Shown one piece after another: positions 20,730-31,097 of a stretch of 64,000 nt of DNA. The translations under genes were made by a program, and so were the position numbers. Position 1 is the stretch's first letter; the number at the start of each line of letters is the position of its first letter. A model generated the notes under the pieces. The model made no database searches. It saw nothing but the letters and a program-made list of their open reading frames with translations, and was not told where the DNA came from. This stretch comes from an uncultured Actinomycetota bacterium. Its GTDB lineage: Bacteria; Actinomycetota; Actinomycetes; JAFAQI01. The stretch spans positions 13,597 to 77,596 of the forward strand of contig CAWFEP010000008.1 of NCBI GenBank assembly GCA_963814845.1. The letters are read 5' to 3'.

Positions 20730-21941
20730 ATGTCCGTGGTCGCCGCGACGAGAGTCGAGACCCATGAGCGCCTGGGGCGCGCAATGGTGCTGCTCTTCGC
20801 GGTGGCGTGCGGTCTGTCGGCCGCGAATCTGTACTACGCCCAACCCATCCTGCCGAGCATTGCGAGCACGTTCGGAACCAGCTCGAGGACAGCAGGCCTG
20901 ATCGTGACGTTCGCTCAGATCGGGTACGCCGCGGGCCTCGTCCTGCTGGTTCCGCTCGGTGATCTGCTGGCGCGCCGACGCCTGGTGCCGGCGCTGCTCG
21001 CTCTGACCACCGTTGGCCTTCTCGTGTCCGCGACGGCACCGGATGTCGGCATCTTGGTCGTGGTTTCGCTCTTTATCGGCGCCGGCTCGGTGGCGGCGCA
21101 GGTCCTGGTGCCGATGGCCGCCACGCTGGCCGGAGAGGCGCGCCGCGGTCATGTCGTCGGTACCGTCATGAGCGGGCTGCTGCTCGGCATCCTGCTCGCG
21201 CGCACGGTGTCGGGAGTAGTCGCCGGAATCTCCAGCTGGCGGGTCGTTTATGCCGTCGCCGCGGTGCTGTGCCTGTCCCTTGCCATCATCCTGGGTCGAC
21301 TCTTGCCACGCGAAGACGAACGCCCTCACATCAGCTATGCCAACTTGATCGGTACCGCTTGGCGGCTGTTGGTCACCGAACCGCTCTTGCAACGGCGGGT
21401 GTTGTTCGGTGCGCTGGGCTTCGCGGCGTTCAGCGTCTTCTGGACCACGATGGCGTTCGTGCTGGCCGGCCCGCCGTATCACTACGGCGACGTGAGCATT
21501 GGTCTGTTCGGACTTGTCGGAGCCGGGGGCGCCCTGTGCGCCAACTTCGCTGGCCGCTGGGCCGACCGCGAGCTGACGAAGCTCACGACGTTGATATTTG
21601 CTGCCTGCATCGCGGTCTCGTTCCTTCCGCTGTGGGCAGGTCGTCACAGCATCGTCATGCTGATCATCGGAATCTTGGTCCTCGACATCGGTGTCCAGGG
21701 CCTGCAGGTCACCAACCAATCGATGATCTACCGGCTAGCGCCGCATCTGCGCAGCCGCATCACGTCTGCGTATATGGCCTGTTACTTCGTCGGCGGCGCG
21801 ATCGGGTCAGCAGTCGGAGGCACGGTCTACTCCAGCCATGGCTGGTCCGGTGTATGCGTGCTCGGTGCCGGCATAGGCGTCGTCGCGTGCGTCGCGGCCG
21901 TTGTCGACTCGATGCGCGACCACCCGGTCATGGTGGGCTGA
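20730..21941 (+). CDS. MFS transporter
   Basis: ANLYYAQPIL, LLVPLGD, 12 TM pattern. Confidence 0.9.
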   Translation: MSVVAATRVETHERLGRAMVLLFAVACGLSAANLYYAQPILPSIASTFGTSSRTAGLIVTFAQIGYAAGLVLLVPLGDLLARRRLVPALLALTTVGLLVSATAPDVGILVVVSLFIGAGSVAAQVLVPMAATLAGEARRGHVVGTVMSGLLLGILLARTVSGVVAGISSWRVVYAVAAVLCLSLAIILGRLLPREDERPHISYANLIGTAWRLLVTEPLLQRRVLFGALGFAAFSVFWTTMAFVLAGPPYHYGDVSIGLFGLVGAGGALCANFAGRWADRELTKLTTLIFAACIAVSFLPLWAGRHSIVMLIIGILVLDIGVQGLQVTNQSMIYRLAPHLRSRITSAYMACYFVGGAIGSAVGGTVYSSHGWSGVCVLGAGIGVVACVAAVVDSMRDHPVMVG

Positions 21942-21952
21942 CCGGGAGTCAC

Positions 21953-23107
21953 CTAGTCGATGCCGCCACGGCTCACTAGCTGGCGCACGATGACGTTGCG
22001 TTGGATTTCATTGGTTCCCTCGCCGACGATCATCAACGGCGCATCGCGGAAGTAGCGCTCCACGTCGACATCGGTGGAGTAGCCGTGGCCACCATGTATG
22101 CGAATGGCGTCAAGCGCCACCTCCATACACGCTTCCGAGGCGTAAAGCTTCGCCATACCTGCCTCGAGGTCGCAGCGTTCGCCGGCGTCGAGACGTTCGG
22201 CCGCGTGCCGAATCAGGAGTTTCGCTGCGGTGATCTTGGTGGCCATGTCGGCGAGCAGATTCCCGATTGATTGGTGTTTCCAGATCGGCTTGCCGAATGC
22301 CTCTCGTTCTTGGGCGTAGCTCAAGGAGTCGTCGAACGCCGCCTGCGCGACTCCAAGTGCCCTGGCCGCGACCTGGATCCGACCGATCTCGAGGCCTTTC
22401 ATCATCTGGGTAAAGCCTTCACCCTGCTCGGCGCCCAGCAGGCTGTCTGCGGGCGCTCGGTAGTCGTCAAAGAACAACTCGCAGCTCTCGACACCCTTGT
22501 AGCCGAGTTTCGGCAACGCCGGCCCGACGGTCAGGCCTGGGCCCTTCTCGACAAGCAGGATGCTGATTCCTCGGTGTGCTGGCGTTGCCTGCGGATCGGT
22601 CTTGCACAACAAGGCGATCAGGCCTGAGCGCTCGGCGTTGGTGATCCAGGTCTTTGAGCCGTTGACCACGTAGTCGCCAGCATCACGCAGTGCGACGGTT
22701 CGGATTGACTGCAGATCCGAGCCGCCGCTCGGCTCGGTGAGCGCCATTGTGGCGCGCAATTCGCCGGTGGCGAGTTGCGGGAGATAGCGCGTCTTTTGCT
22801 CGCTCGTGCCGAACGCGACGATGAGCTTTGCAACGACGGTGTGGCCGCCCATCGCCCCGGCCAAGCTCATCCAGCCGCGCGAGAGCTCGGCGGTGACCGC
22901 GGCGTAGCAACCGGTTGAGACGAGTGAGCTTCCGTACGGCTCAGGAACAGCGAGTCCGAAGACGCCCATCTCTTTCATGACGTCGATGAGCTTCTCGGGG
23001 TAGACGTCGTCGTGCTCGAGCTCGCGAACCACGGGCCGCACTTCGGAGTCGACGAACTCACGCACGACGTCGACGATTACCGATTCCTCGTCTGACAGAT
23101 CCGTCAC
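21953..23107 (-). CDS. Acyl-CoA dehydrogenase
   Basis: ALTEPSGGSD, NGSKTWITNA, IHGGHGY, GEGTNEIQR. Confidence 0.92.
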   Translation of the reverse strand: MTDLSDEESVIVDVVREFVDSEVRPVVRELEHDDVYPEKLIDVMKEMGVFGLAVPEPYGSSLVSTGCYAAVTAELSRGWMSLAGAMGGHTVVAKLIVAFGTSEQKTRYLPQLATGELRATMALTEPSGGSDLQSIRTVALRDAGDYVVNGSKTWITNAERSGLIALLCKTDPQATPAHRGISILLVEKGPGLTVGPALPKLGYKGVESCELFFDDYRAPADSLLGAEQGEGFTQMMKGLEIGRIQVAARALGVAQAAFDDSLSYAQEREAFGKPIWKHQSIGNLLADMATKITAAKLLIRHAAERLDAGERCDLEAGMAKLYASEACMEVALDAIRIHGGHGYSTDVDVERYFRDAPLMIVGEGTNEIQRNVIVRQLVSRGGID

Positions 23108-23152
23108 GTGCCCGCCTCCGGCCCAATATGTCGTAGCATATATCCTATTGAA

Positions 23153-24421
23153 TTATTGCCCGGGGCGCCAGCGCCGCTCGTCGCGCGGCTGCGACGCCAA
23201 CCCGGTCAACACTTCCAATGCGGTGCTCCAGCCCGTCGCTAGCACGGCCTCGGCATCATCGCCGCAACAGTCCACGGCCTTCTCGCGAAGCGCTGCGTCT
23301 GTGAATGGACGCGACGGGGCGCCCAACGGCTGGGCAAGCGCGACGTGCCGGATCTCGCCATCGTGCAGGTGGATGTCCGCCTCGAACTCGCCAACAAGAA
23401 GGTCGGTGTCCTCGGGCGAGGTCAATTCGTTCTGCCCAAGGTCCGAGGTGTCGATGTCGATCAACCCGATCAGGGCCTGAGCGGCTGGGCGTCGGACGGC
23501 GGTGTCCTCGAAGCTGGCAAAGCCAGTCCTGGTATCGAGCAGCGCCGCGACGATTCCATATTCGAGACTGAACTTGCCGGTGAGGCCATCAGTCGGCCGA
23601 TGGTGAATCAACGGTTGGACGCAAGCGGCTGGCGTCCGCACCTCAATCCTGGTGATGTCCATCGGATCGAGCGGCTTCACCGTCTGGATCGCACAGATCG
23701 GGCGCTGTAGGGCGTAGCAGCACGGAAAGACCTTGATCGCCAGGCCGCCAGGGATCGCGGCCGGCTCGGCCACCTCAAGCTCGACTGCCCCTGCCTCTAT
23801 CGGGCGGCCTCGACCGAGAGCTAACCACTCGTCAACGGCTGAGGTGTCGGCGGTCGCGCCGTCACGCGCAAGCTCGGCAGCACGCACGCCTGCAGCGGCC
23901 GCGAATCCGACCTGAAGCGACTTAGCCATCGTGCCGAATGCGCGCTGCACACCGCCAGCGCCGGGCACAGCCAAGGCCAGCGCACGCGCGAGTGCTGCCT
24001 CGTCGAGGTCGAAAGCGATACCGGCCGATACAGCCGCCCCGAACGCACCCGCGGTGCAGGTCGCGTGCCAGCCGCTGGCGTAGTGCGACCAGCCGAGCAA
24101 GCGACCAACTCGGGCCATGACGCCCGCTCCGGCGAGATACGCACGACTGTCGCCGCCGGCGGCGAGGGTGGCAGGCACACACACCACGCTGATGTGGCTA
24201 GTGGACGGAATGTGCAGGTCGTCATAGTCCAGTGCGTGGCCGATCGTGGCCCAACGTGCAGCGATGGGCGTATCGGTGACGAGTGCAGCGACGGGCTCGC
24301 GCAGCGCCGCGACAGCGACAGCGGTGGTATCGATCAGCGCGCGGTCGGCCAGCCCGAATTCATCGGTTGTTGGCCGGAGACCGAGCGCCCACGTAGCGAG
24401 GCGAGAGGCGGTGTCGATCAT
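23153..24421 (-). CDS. MmgE/PrpD family protein
   Basis: HALDYDDLH..SH, GWHATCT, KVFPCC, KFSLEY. Confidence 0.88.
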   Translation of the reverse strand: MIDTASRLATWALGLRPTTDEFGLADRALIDTTAVAVAALREPVAALVTDTPIAARWATIGHALDYDDLHIPSTSHISVVCVPATLAAGGDSRAYLAGAGVMARVGRLLGWSHYASGWHATCTAGAFGAAVSAGIAFDLDEAALARALALAVPGAGGVQRAFGTMAKSLQVGFAAAAGVRAAELARDGATADTSAVDEWLALGRGRPIEAGAVELEVAEPAAIPGGLAIKVFPCCYALQRPICAIQTVKPLDPMDITRIEVRTPAACVQPLIHHRPTDGLTGKFSLEYGIVAALLDTRTGFASFEDTAVRRPAAQALIGLIDIDTSDLGQNELTSPEDTDLLVGEFEADIHLHDGEIRHVALAQPLGAPSRPFTDAALREKAVDCCGDDAEAVLATGWSTALEVLTGLASQPRDERRWRPGQ

Positions 24422-24543
24422 GGCTGTCCCATCGTGTCGCATGGCTGGCGCAGCGTCCCCTAGTGAGCGCTTTCGGCGGATCGTATATTCAGTTTTCAAC
24501 TGTAGATAGAAAACGGGAAATGAAGACAGAGTATCGAGAGTCC

Positions 24544-24575
24544 TTGACACCGGCCGTCGAGACGGGCTCTACTAC
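24544..24575 (+). promoter_or_regulatory. Putative sigma70-type promoter for the catabolic operon
   Basis: TTGACA at 24544 in an AT-rich divergent intergenic region; the -10 element is weak. Confidence 0.4.
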
Positions 24576-24676
24576 CGGCATTCGGCTCATGGTCATCACG
24601 GCATCCGAGGCATGAAATCCGGCTGGCTGTGGTGTGCCAGGGGGACTGGATTCATCGAGCGGAAGGCTCCTGAGAC

Positions 24677-26197
24677 ATGGCCACTACGTCGCCCGCGACG
24701 CCACACGCACCTGCCGACGGACAGAAGCTCGAGAAGGGCATCCTGAGTCTCAGGAACTGCCTGGCGCTTTCCGCCGCGGTCATGGCGCCTGTTCTGGCTG
24801 TCATCCTGAACGCGCCTGCCGGAGGCGCCGACGCCGGCGCGGCCCTGCCGCTCGCGTTCTTGCTTGCCTTCATCGCGGCGCTGTTCGTTGGGAACACCGT
24901 CATCGAGTTCGCCAAGAAACTGCCGACCGCCGGCTCGTTCTATACCTTCTGCAGCCGCTCGCTCGGCAGCCTCGCCGGTTTCTTTACCGGGTGGCTTTAC
25001 GCTGCCGCGTTCGTCGTCTTGACGATCGGCCTGTTCACCGCAAACGGCGCGTTTCTCCGGTCCTACCTGCAGTCCACGTGGTCGTGGAACGTGCCGTGGT
25101 GGATCTTGGGCATCATCCTCGTCGCTATCGCGACGACGTTGTCGGTCCGCAGCATCAGAACTTCAGTGCGCCTTGACCTCATCCTGCTGGGCCTGGAGAT
25201 GTTCATCTTCGCCTTGCTCGCGCTGATCTCCATCATCAAGGCCGGCAGCGGCAACAGCTTCACCTACTTCAACCCGTCCTCGGGGCCGACCGGATACAAC
25301 GGCGTCGGCCTGGCGGTGGTCTTCGGCTTGTTGTCGTTCATCGGGTTCGAAGCCGCGGCTGTACTTGGTGAAGAGACGAACAATCCAAGGCGCAACGTTC
25401 CACTCGCCGTACGCGGCGCATTGATCGGCGTCGGTGTCTTCTTCGTGTTCGTTCTGTACGGGTTGGCGGCCGGCTTCCACTTGAACACCGCCCAAGGCCT
25501 GAAGAACTTCCTGGCCAGCCCGGCGCAGTTCACCACCTTGGCGCAGCAGAATGCGTCCTGGCTCAAGCAGCCGGTCCAGATCGCCGCGGTGTGCGGGCTG
25601 TTCTCATGCCTGCTCGCGGTGATGAACACGACCGTGCGGGTGATGTTCGCGATGGCGCGGGAGCGGATCCTGCCGCCGGCGCTCTCGCGGGTGCACCCGA
25701 AGTTCCGCTCCCCGTTCGTGTCGATCTACGCGCTGGTCGTTTTCTCCGTTGTCGTCGGACTGCTTCTCTCGAAGTGGCTCGGCTCGGGGCTCACCGACGT
25801 CTACGGCTTCACCGGCTCGGTCGGGACGATCGCGATCATCCTGGTGTATGCGATGGCCAACATCGGCTTGATCAGGTTCTATTGGGGCACAGCCGACTAC
25901 AACATCTGGCGGCACATGATCGCGCCGATCATCGGAACGGCCGTGCTGATCTACCCGCTGTACGAAACCGTGAAGCCGGGGCAGTCCTTCCCGTACAACC
26001 ACGTCAGCGAAGTGGTTATTGTCTGGATCGTCATTGGGCTCGCCGTATTTGCCTATCTGAAGAGCAAGTCACCCGAGAAGCTCGCTGCGCTCGGCGCGAC
26101 AATGGCCACCGATGAGATCGACTTCGCCGAGGCGCACTCGCCGAGCCTGTCTTCAGGAGGGCCGACTAACGTGCACCCCGCACCCGAGACGCCATGA
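24677..26197 (+). CDS. APC family amino acid/amine permease
   Basis: PTAGSFYTF, SFIGFEAAAVLGEE, RVMFAMARE; about 12 TM. Confidence 0.92.
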   Translation: MATTSPATPHAPADGQKLEKGILSLRNCLALSAAVMAPVLAVILNAPAGGADAGAALPLAFLLAFIAALFVGNTVIEFAKKLPTAGSFYTFCSRSLGSLAGFFTGWLYAAAFVVLTIGLFTANGAFLRSYLQSTWSWNVPWWILGIILVAIATTLSVRSIRTSVRLDLILLGLEMFIFALLALISIIKAGSGNSFTYFNPSSGPTGYNGVGLAVVFGLLSFIGFEAAAVLGEETNNPRRNVPLAVRGALIGVGVFFVFVLYGLAAGFHLNTAQGLKNFLASPAQFTTLAQQNASWLKQPVQIAAVCGLFSCLLAVMNTTVRVMFAMARERILPPALSRVHPKFRSPFVSIYALVVFSVVVGLLLSKWLGSGLTDVYGFTGSVGTIAIILVYAMANIGLIRFYWGTADYNIWRHMIAPIIGTAVLIYPLYETVKPGQSFPYNHVSEVVIVWIVIGLAVFAYLKSKSPEKLAALGATMATDEIDFAEAHSPSLSSGGPTNVHPAPETP

Positions 26198-26862
26198 TCG
26201 AAGTTGCGGGCAAGCAGGTCTTCACTGAACTGGCAGAGATCGTCGATCCGGCGCACACCGCGTTGGTAGTCATCGACATGCAGCGTGACTTCTGTTGCCC
26301 GGGCGGCAGCTTCGATGCTGTCGGCGTTGACCTGTCGATGTATCCGCCGGTGATCGAAACGATTGGCGAGTTGATGGCTTCGGCGCGCGAAGCCGGCGTG
26401 ATGCTCGTGTTCATCCAGATGACCGTGCTGCCCAATCAGGCCAGCGACTCACCGGCGCAGATCAGGTTCAACCTACGGATGCACGACGAGCACCACGGCG
26501 ATGTGGATCCGCTTCGCTACACCCTCGACGGGTCCGAGGGACAGAGGTTCGTGCCTGGCCTCGAGCCGCTCGACGGCGAAGTTGTCGTGAAGAAATACCG
26601 CTCGAGCGGCTTCTGGGGCACAAACCTCGACCTGGTGCTGCGGAGCAACGGCATCAAGTCCGTTGTGATCGCCGGATGTACGACCGAGGGCTGCGTCGAG
26701 TCGACCGCTCGTGATGCGATGTTCAACGACTACTACGTGGTTATCGCCACTGACGCAGTCGCCAGCGACGATCGCTTGCAACACGATGCGTCGATGTATC
26801 TCATGGCGCGCCGCTTCGACCTCGCCACCTCCGAGTTGATTCGCAAGAACTGGGCGGCGTAG
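26194..26862 (+). CDS. Isochorismatase-family cysteine hydrolase (amidase)
   Basis: ALVVIDMQRDF, KYRSSGF, TEGCVESTARD (Asp-Lys-Cys triad). Confidence 0.9.
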   Translation: MIEVAGKQVFTELAEIVDPAHTALVVIDMQRDFCCPGGSFDAVGVDLSMYPPVIETIGELMASAREAGVMLVFIQMTVLPNQASDSPAQIRFNLRMHDEHHGDVDPLRYTLDGSEGQRFVPGLEPLDGEVVVKKYRSSGFWGTNLDLVLRSNGIKSVVIAGCTTEGCVESTARDAMFNDYYVVIATDAVASDDRLQHDASMYLMARRFDLATSELIRKNWAA

Positions 26863-26952
26863 TCACGATCGCGCCCCTCTCGTTGTGCCGGTGCGGTCCA
26901 CGGTGAGCGATTCGGCAGTCATCAGATTTCACCGGGGAACGAAGGAGTTGGC

Positions 26953-27705
26953 ATGACGGGAAAGCTCGAATCGAAGATCGCAATCGTCACTGGTGGAGCA
27001 CGAGGCATCGGCGGTGAGATCGCGATGGCGTTTGCCGCTGAAGGCGCCGACGTCGTTATCGCAGATCGCCTCGACGAAGCCGCAGCGGCGCCCGTGTTGG
27101 CAGCGATCGCCGCGTCCGGTCGCCGCGCGCTGTTCGTCAACACCGACGTGTCCGACGAGCAGCAAGTGCGCAGGATGGTCGACACGGCAATTGCCGAGTT
27201 CGGCAGGGTCGACGTTCTGGTCAACGATGCCGGCACCGTCAGTCAGGTCGCCTTCGACGAGCTGGACGTCGCGGAGTTCGATCGGGTGCTTGGCGTCAAC
27301 CTGCGGGGAGTGTTCCTCTGTAGCCGGTTCGTGATCGGCGGCATGCTGGAGCGCGAGAGCGGCGTGATCATCAACGTTGCCTCACAGCTGGGCCAGATCG
27401 GCGGCATCGAGATGGTTCACTACAGCGCGAGCAAGGCCGGGGTGATCGGCCTCACGAAAGCGCTGGCGCGCGAGGTGTCGACCAGGGGCATCCGGGTCAA
27501 CGCGATCGCGCCAGGGCCGATCTTGACGGACATGATGGCCGAGGAGACCGAGGAGTGGGCGGCGCGGAAGCTCGCTGAGCTCCCCATGGGACGGTTCGGT
27601 CAGCCGCACGAAGTGGCGCCGACCGCGGTGTTCCTGGCGAGTGACGACTCCTCTTATTACGTCGGACAGACGCTCTGTCCCAATGGCGGGGACGTCATGC
27701 TCTAA
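26953..27705 (+). CDS. SDR family oxidoreductase (FabG-like)
   Basis: TGGARGIG, YSASK, NAIAPG. Confidence 0.9.
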   Translation: MTGKLESKIAIVTGGARGIGGEIAMAFAAEGADVVIADRLDEAAAAPVLAAIAASGRRALFVNTDVSDEQQVRRMVDTAIAEFGRVDVLVNDAGTVSQVAFDELDVAEFDRVLGVNLRGVFLCSRFVIGGMLERESGVIINVASQLGQIGGIEMVHYSASKAGVIGLTKALAREVSTRGIRVNAIAPGPILTDMMAEETEEWAARKLAELPMGRFGQPHEVAPTAVFLASDDSSYYVGQTLCPNGGDVML

Positions 27706-27716
27706 GGAGGCACAAC

Positions 27717-28493
27717 ATGTTTGAACTTGATGGTCGGGTCGCCCTCATCACAGGCGCCGCCTCCGGCATTGGTGCTGCCACGGCCCGGGTCTTTGCGGAA
27801 GCCGGCGCGAATGTTGCGCTCGCGTGGTACCCGCCGGACGGTCACGACGTCGGGCTGGTGGAGGAGGCGGTCGCGAAGGCCGGCGGTCGATCGATTGCCG
27901 TCGAGGTCGATGTGCGACGAACGGCGGACGTGGATGCGATCGTTGCTCAGGCCGTCGCTGAGTTCGGCAGTCTGGACATCGTCGTCGCAAACGCCGGGAT
28001 CGCGCGCAAGGTCGCGTTGGAAGACCTCGACGACGAGGCGTGGAACACCGTGATCGACGTGGATCTCAACGGTGCCTGGCGCTGCTTCCGGGCGGCGTTG
28101 CCGCACATGCGTAGCGCGGGTTACGGCCGCTTGATCGCGACGTCGTCGATCGCCGGCACCGTGCAGGCGTGGCCGGCTCACCCGCATTACACCGCGGCGA
28201 AGGCGGGCCTCGTCGGCCTCATCAAGACAATGGCGGTGGAGTACGGCCCTGACGGAGTCACCGCGAATGCCGTCGCGCCGGGCGTGATCGATACGCCGCA
28301 GGCGAACGACCCGGTCAACTCTCTCGGCCCGGATGGCGTACGCGCGGTCGCGCCGAAGGTGCCATCCGGTCGGGTCGGCCAGCCCGAGGACATTGCCTAC
28401 CTCTACCAATATCTCGCCAGCGAGCAGGCGTCCTACGTCAGCGGTCAGCTGATCGTGGCTGATGGGGCGCGTTACCTCTCGGGGCTGGACTAA
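27717..28493 (+). CDS. SDR family oxidoreductase
   Basis: TGAASGIG, ANAG, YTAAK. Confidence 0.9.
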   Translation: MFELDGRVALITGAASGIGAATARVFAEAGANVALAWYPPDGHDVGLVEEAVAKAGGRSIAVEVDVRRTADVDAIVAQAVAEFGSLDIVVANAGIARKVALEDLDDEAWNTVIDVDLNGAWRCFRAALPHMRSAGYGRLIATSSIAGTVQAWPAHPHYTAAKAGLVGLIKTMAVEYGPDGVTANAVAPGVIDTPQANDPVNSLGPDGVRAVAPKVPSGRVGQPEDIAYLYQYLASEQASYVSGQLIVADGARYLSGLD

Positions 28494-28496
28494 CCG

Positions 28497-29633
28497 GTGT
28501 CAGTGCTTCCGACACCCGGGATCATCTCTTTCGCGCGCGGCATTCCTGCGCCGGAGATGTTCCCGACCGTCGAGCTTGCCGAGGCTTCGCGGCGAGCGTT
28601 TCAGAAGCACGGCGCCACGGCGCTTAACTATGGTCGGCCCGGAGGCTTCCCGCCGCTGCAGGATTGGATCGCTGAGCGCCATTGCGCCAGGCCGGATCAG
28701 GTCATGATCTCGCCGGGATCCTGCCTGCTGTTGAGCCTTCTGGTCCGGGCGCTGGTGCCGACCCCGCGCCCGGTGCTCGTCGAGTCGCCGACCTATGACC
28801 GGATGAACACGCTGCTGCAGCGGGCCGGAGCGCAGGTCGTGCCCATCGATCGTGGTCACGACGGGCTCGATCTCGTCGCTGTCGAGGCCAATCTCAACAC
28901 TGGCGCGCGCCCAGCGTTCTTCTACGTCATGCCGACATTGCACAACCCCACCGGGACATCGCTTCAGTTGGCAGAGCGGGAACGGCTCGCAGCCTTGGCA
29001 ATTCACCACGACCTGCTGCTTGTCGAGGACGATCCGTACGGCCTGCTTCAGGTGGACGGGCCGGTGCTGCCGTCGATGCGCGAACTGCTCGAAGCAAGAG
29101 GCTTCGGGCATCTCAGCGTGTTTATTTCGTCGTTCTCGAAGATCATCGCGCCTGGTCTGCGGGTCGGCTACGCGGTGTTGCCCGCATCCCTGATCGAGCC
29201 GCTGTCCGCGCTCGCGCTTGAGACCTACGTCTCGCCGCCGTTGTGGCCGCAGGCCGAGATCTACGAGTTCGTCACGGCAGGCTTCCTGACGCCGCAGCTA
29301 GAGCGGCTTCGGTTCCTCCTCCGCGCCAAGCGCGATGCCCTCCTGGATGGGCTGAGCGCAGGCTTGGCCGGGTCCGCGCGGTGGACGCACCCGTCAGGCG
29401 GCTACTTCTCCTGGCTGGAACTGCCGGAGGGGATCCGCGCGAGTGAGCTGTTGATCGACTGCGAGAGTGCGGGCGTGAGCTTCATCGCAGGATCGGGCTT
29501 CTTCGTCGGGGGCGGCGGCGAGCAGGCGGCCCGGCTCTCATTCAGTTATCCGGCCGTCGAGGACATTGGAGCCGGTGCCAGCCTCTTGGCCGATGCGGTG
29601 AAGCGGCAGCAGCACAAAGTCGGAGCGGGTTGA
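28497..29633 (+). CDS. PLP-dependent class I aminotransferase (2-aminoadipate transaminase-like)
   Basis: ISFARGIP, HNPTG, EDDPY, SFSKIIAPGLRVG; no N-terminal HTH. Confidence 0.88.
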   Translation: MSVLPTPGIISFARGIPAPEMFPTVELAEASRRAFQKHGATALNYGRPGGFPPLQDWIAERHCARPDQVMISPGSCLLLSLLVRALVPTPRPVLVESPTYDRMNTLLQRAGAQVVPIDRGHDGLDLVAVEANLNTGARPAFFYVMPTLHNPTGTSLQLAERERLAALAIHHDLLLVEDDPYGLLQVDGPVLPSMRELLEARGFGHLSVFISSFSKIIAPGLRVGYAVLPASLIEPLSALALETYVSPPLWPQAEIYEFVTAGFLTPQLERLRFLLRAKRDALLDGLSAGLAGSARWTHPSGGYFSWLELPEGIRASELLIDCESAGVSFIAGSGFFVGGGGEQAARLSFSYPAVEDIGAGASLLADAVKRQQHKVGAG

Positions 29634-30070
29634 TGGACGAACGACGAGGCGACTTGCTGCTCACGGATGACCAATCACAGCTGGACCTGCCCACGATTCA
29701 TGGCTGGTTGTGTGACGAGGCGTACTGGTCGCTCGGCCGCTCTCTCGAAGCGGTCACGGCATCCATCCGCCATTCTGATTCCTACGGTGTGCTGAAGGCG
29801 GGGAAGCAGGTTGGCTTCGCCCGCGTGATCAGCGATGGCGTGAGTTTCGCCTACATCTGCGACGTATTCGTTGCTGCGGCCAACCGTCGGCAAGGCATTG
29901 GCCGCTGGTTGGTGGAGCGGATGATCGCCGACTTGCGCGCGAAAGACGTCAGGCAGGTGTTGCTCGCCACTCGAGACGCCCACGCGCTTTACCAGCGGGC
30001 AGGATTCCATACCTTGACCCGACCAGAGCGTTGGCTCGAGCTTGACCCGACCGTTGCAGGAACGACATGA
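29630..30070 (+). CDS. GNAT family N-acetyltransferase
   Basis: QVGFARVISD, RRQGIG, DAHALY..GF. Confidence 0.88.
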   Translation: MMDERRGDLLLTDDQSQLDLPTIHGWLCDEAYWSLGRSLEAVTASIRHSDSYGVLKAGKQVGFARVISDGVSFAYICDVFVAAANRRQGIGRWLVERMIADLRAKDVRQVLLATRDAHALYQRAGFHTLTRPERWLELDPTVAGTT

Positions 30071-30080
30071 GGAGACCCTG

Positions 30081-31037
30081 ATGACCGAAGACGTTTCATT
30101 CCTGCGGCGGACCGATGTCGCCGGCTTTGCCGGGCCGCCGCGTGAGCTGGTCGGCTACGGCGAGCATCCGCCGCGGATCCGGTGGGACGGCGACGTGAAG
30201 GTCGCCATCCAGGCCGTCGTCAACTACGAGGAAGGCTCAGAGAAGACCTACGCGATGGGCGACGACGAGAACGACGGACTCTACGAGCTCCCGTTCGCCG
30301 TTGAGGGTCAACGCGACCTCGCGGTTGAGTCGATGTATGAGTACGGCTCCCGCGCGGGGATCTGGCGGTTGTTCCGGGTCTTCGACAACGCGGGCATCCC
30401 GGTGACCTTCTTTGCGGCGGCCGTTGCGCTCGAGCGCAATCCTGACGTCGCGGCCAAGTTGGCAGCGCGCGGCGATGAGCCGGCAGGTCACGGCTATCGG
30501 TGGAGCAACCACTTCGAGATGACCCGCGACCAGGAACGCGAGGCGATCAAGCGGGCTATCGCGTCCATCGAGGCGACCACGGGCACCCGGCCGGTCGGCT
30601 GGTACTGCCGCGAAATGAGTACCAACACCCGCGAGTTGGTTGTCGAGGAGGGCGGCTTCGAGTATGACTCGGACTGCTACAGCGACGACCTGCCGTACTG
30701 GACCAAGATTCATGACAAGCCTCATCTCGTCGTGCCGTACTCCTTGGTGGTCAACGACGCGAGATACATCGTCGGAACCGGCTACGCCAACCCCGACGAC
30801 TTCTTCCTCACCGCCAAGGCCACGCTGGACCGGCTGCGCAACGACGGCGACGATCTTGGCCGCATGATGTCGATCGGTATTCATCCGCGCGTGAGCGGCA
30901 ATCCGGCGCGGTCGGATGGGCTTGCGCGGTTCATCGAATATGCCCAGCAGTTCTCCGATGTCGCGTTCAAACGGCGCGTCGACATCGCCCGAGAGTTCGT
31001 GGCGCAGCACCCAGCGGCAACTGCGCTGGCTCAATAG
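30081..31037 (+). CDS. Polysaccharide deacetylase family protein, PuuE allantoinase-like
   Basis: VNYEEG, ESMYEYGSRAG, HGYRW, MMSIGIHPR. Confidence 0.85.
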   Translation: MTEDVSFLRRTDVAGFAGPPRELVGYGEHPPRIRWDGDVKVAIQAVVNYEEGSEKTYAMGDDENDGLYELPFAVEGQRDLAVESMYEYGSRAGIWRLFRVFDNAGIPVTFFAAAVALERNPDVAAKLAARGDEPAGHGYRWSNHFEMTRDQEREAIKRAIASIEATTGTRPVGWYCREMSTNTRELVVEEGGFEYDSDCYSDDLPYWTKIHDKPHLVVPYSLVVNDARYIVGTGYANPDDFFLTAKATLDRLRNDGDDLGRMMSIGIHPRVSGNPARSDGLARFIEYAQQFSDVAFKRRVDIAREFVAQHPAATALAQ

Positions 31038-31097
31038 CCCGAAACGCCGAAGACGCCGAAGACATCGACCGCACGAGAACGAGAAGAGGACAGCGCA

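Noticed and set aside
28497-29633. MocR/GabR-type regulator
   Set aside because: No N-terminal winged HTH; it is a stand-alone aminotransferase.
31038-31070. Short tandem repeat CGCCGAAGA in an intergenic gap
   Set aside because: Only about two copies with no spacers; not CRISPR or a meaningful array.
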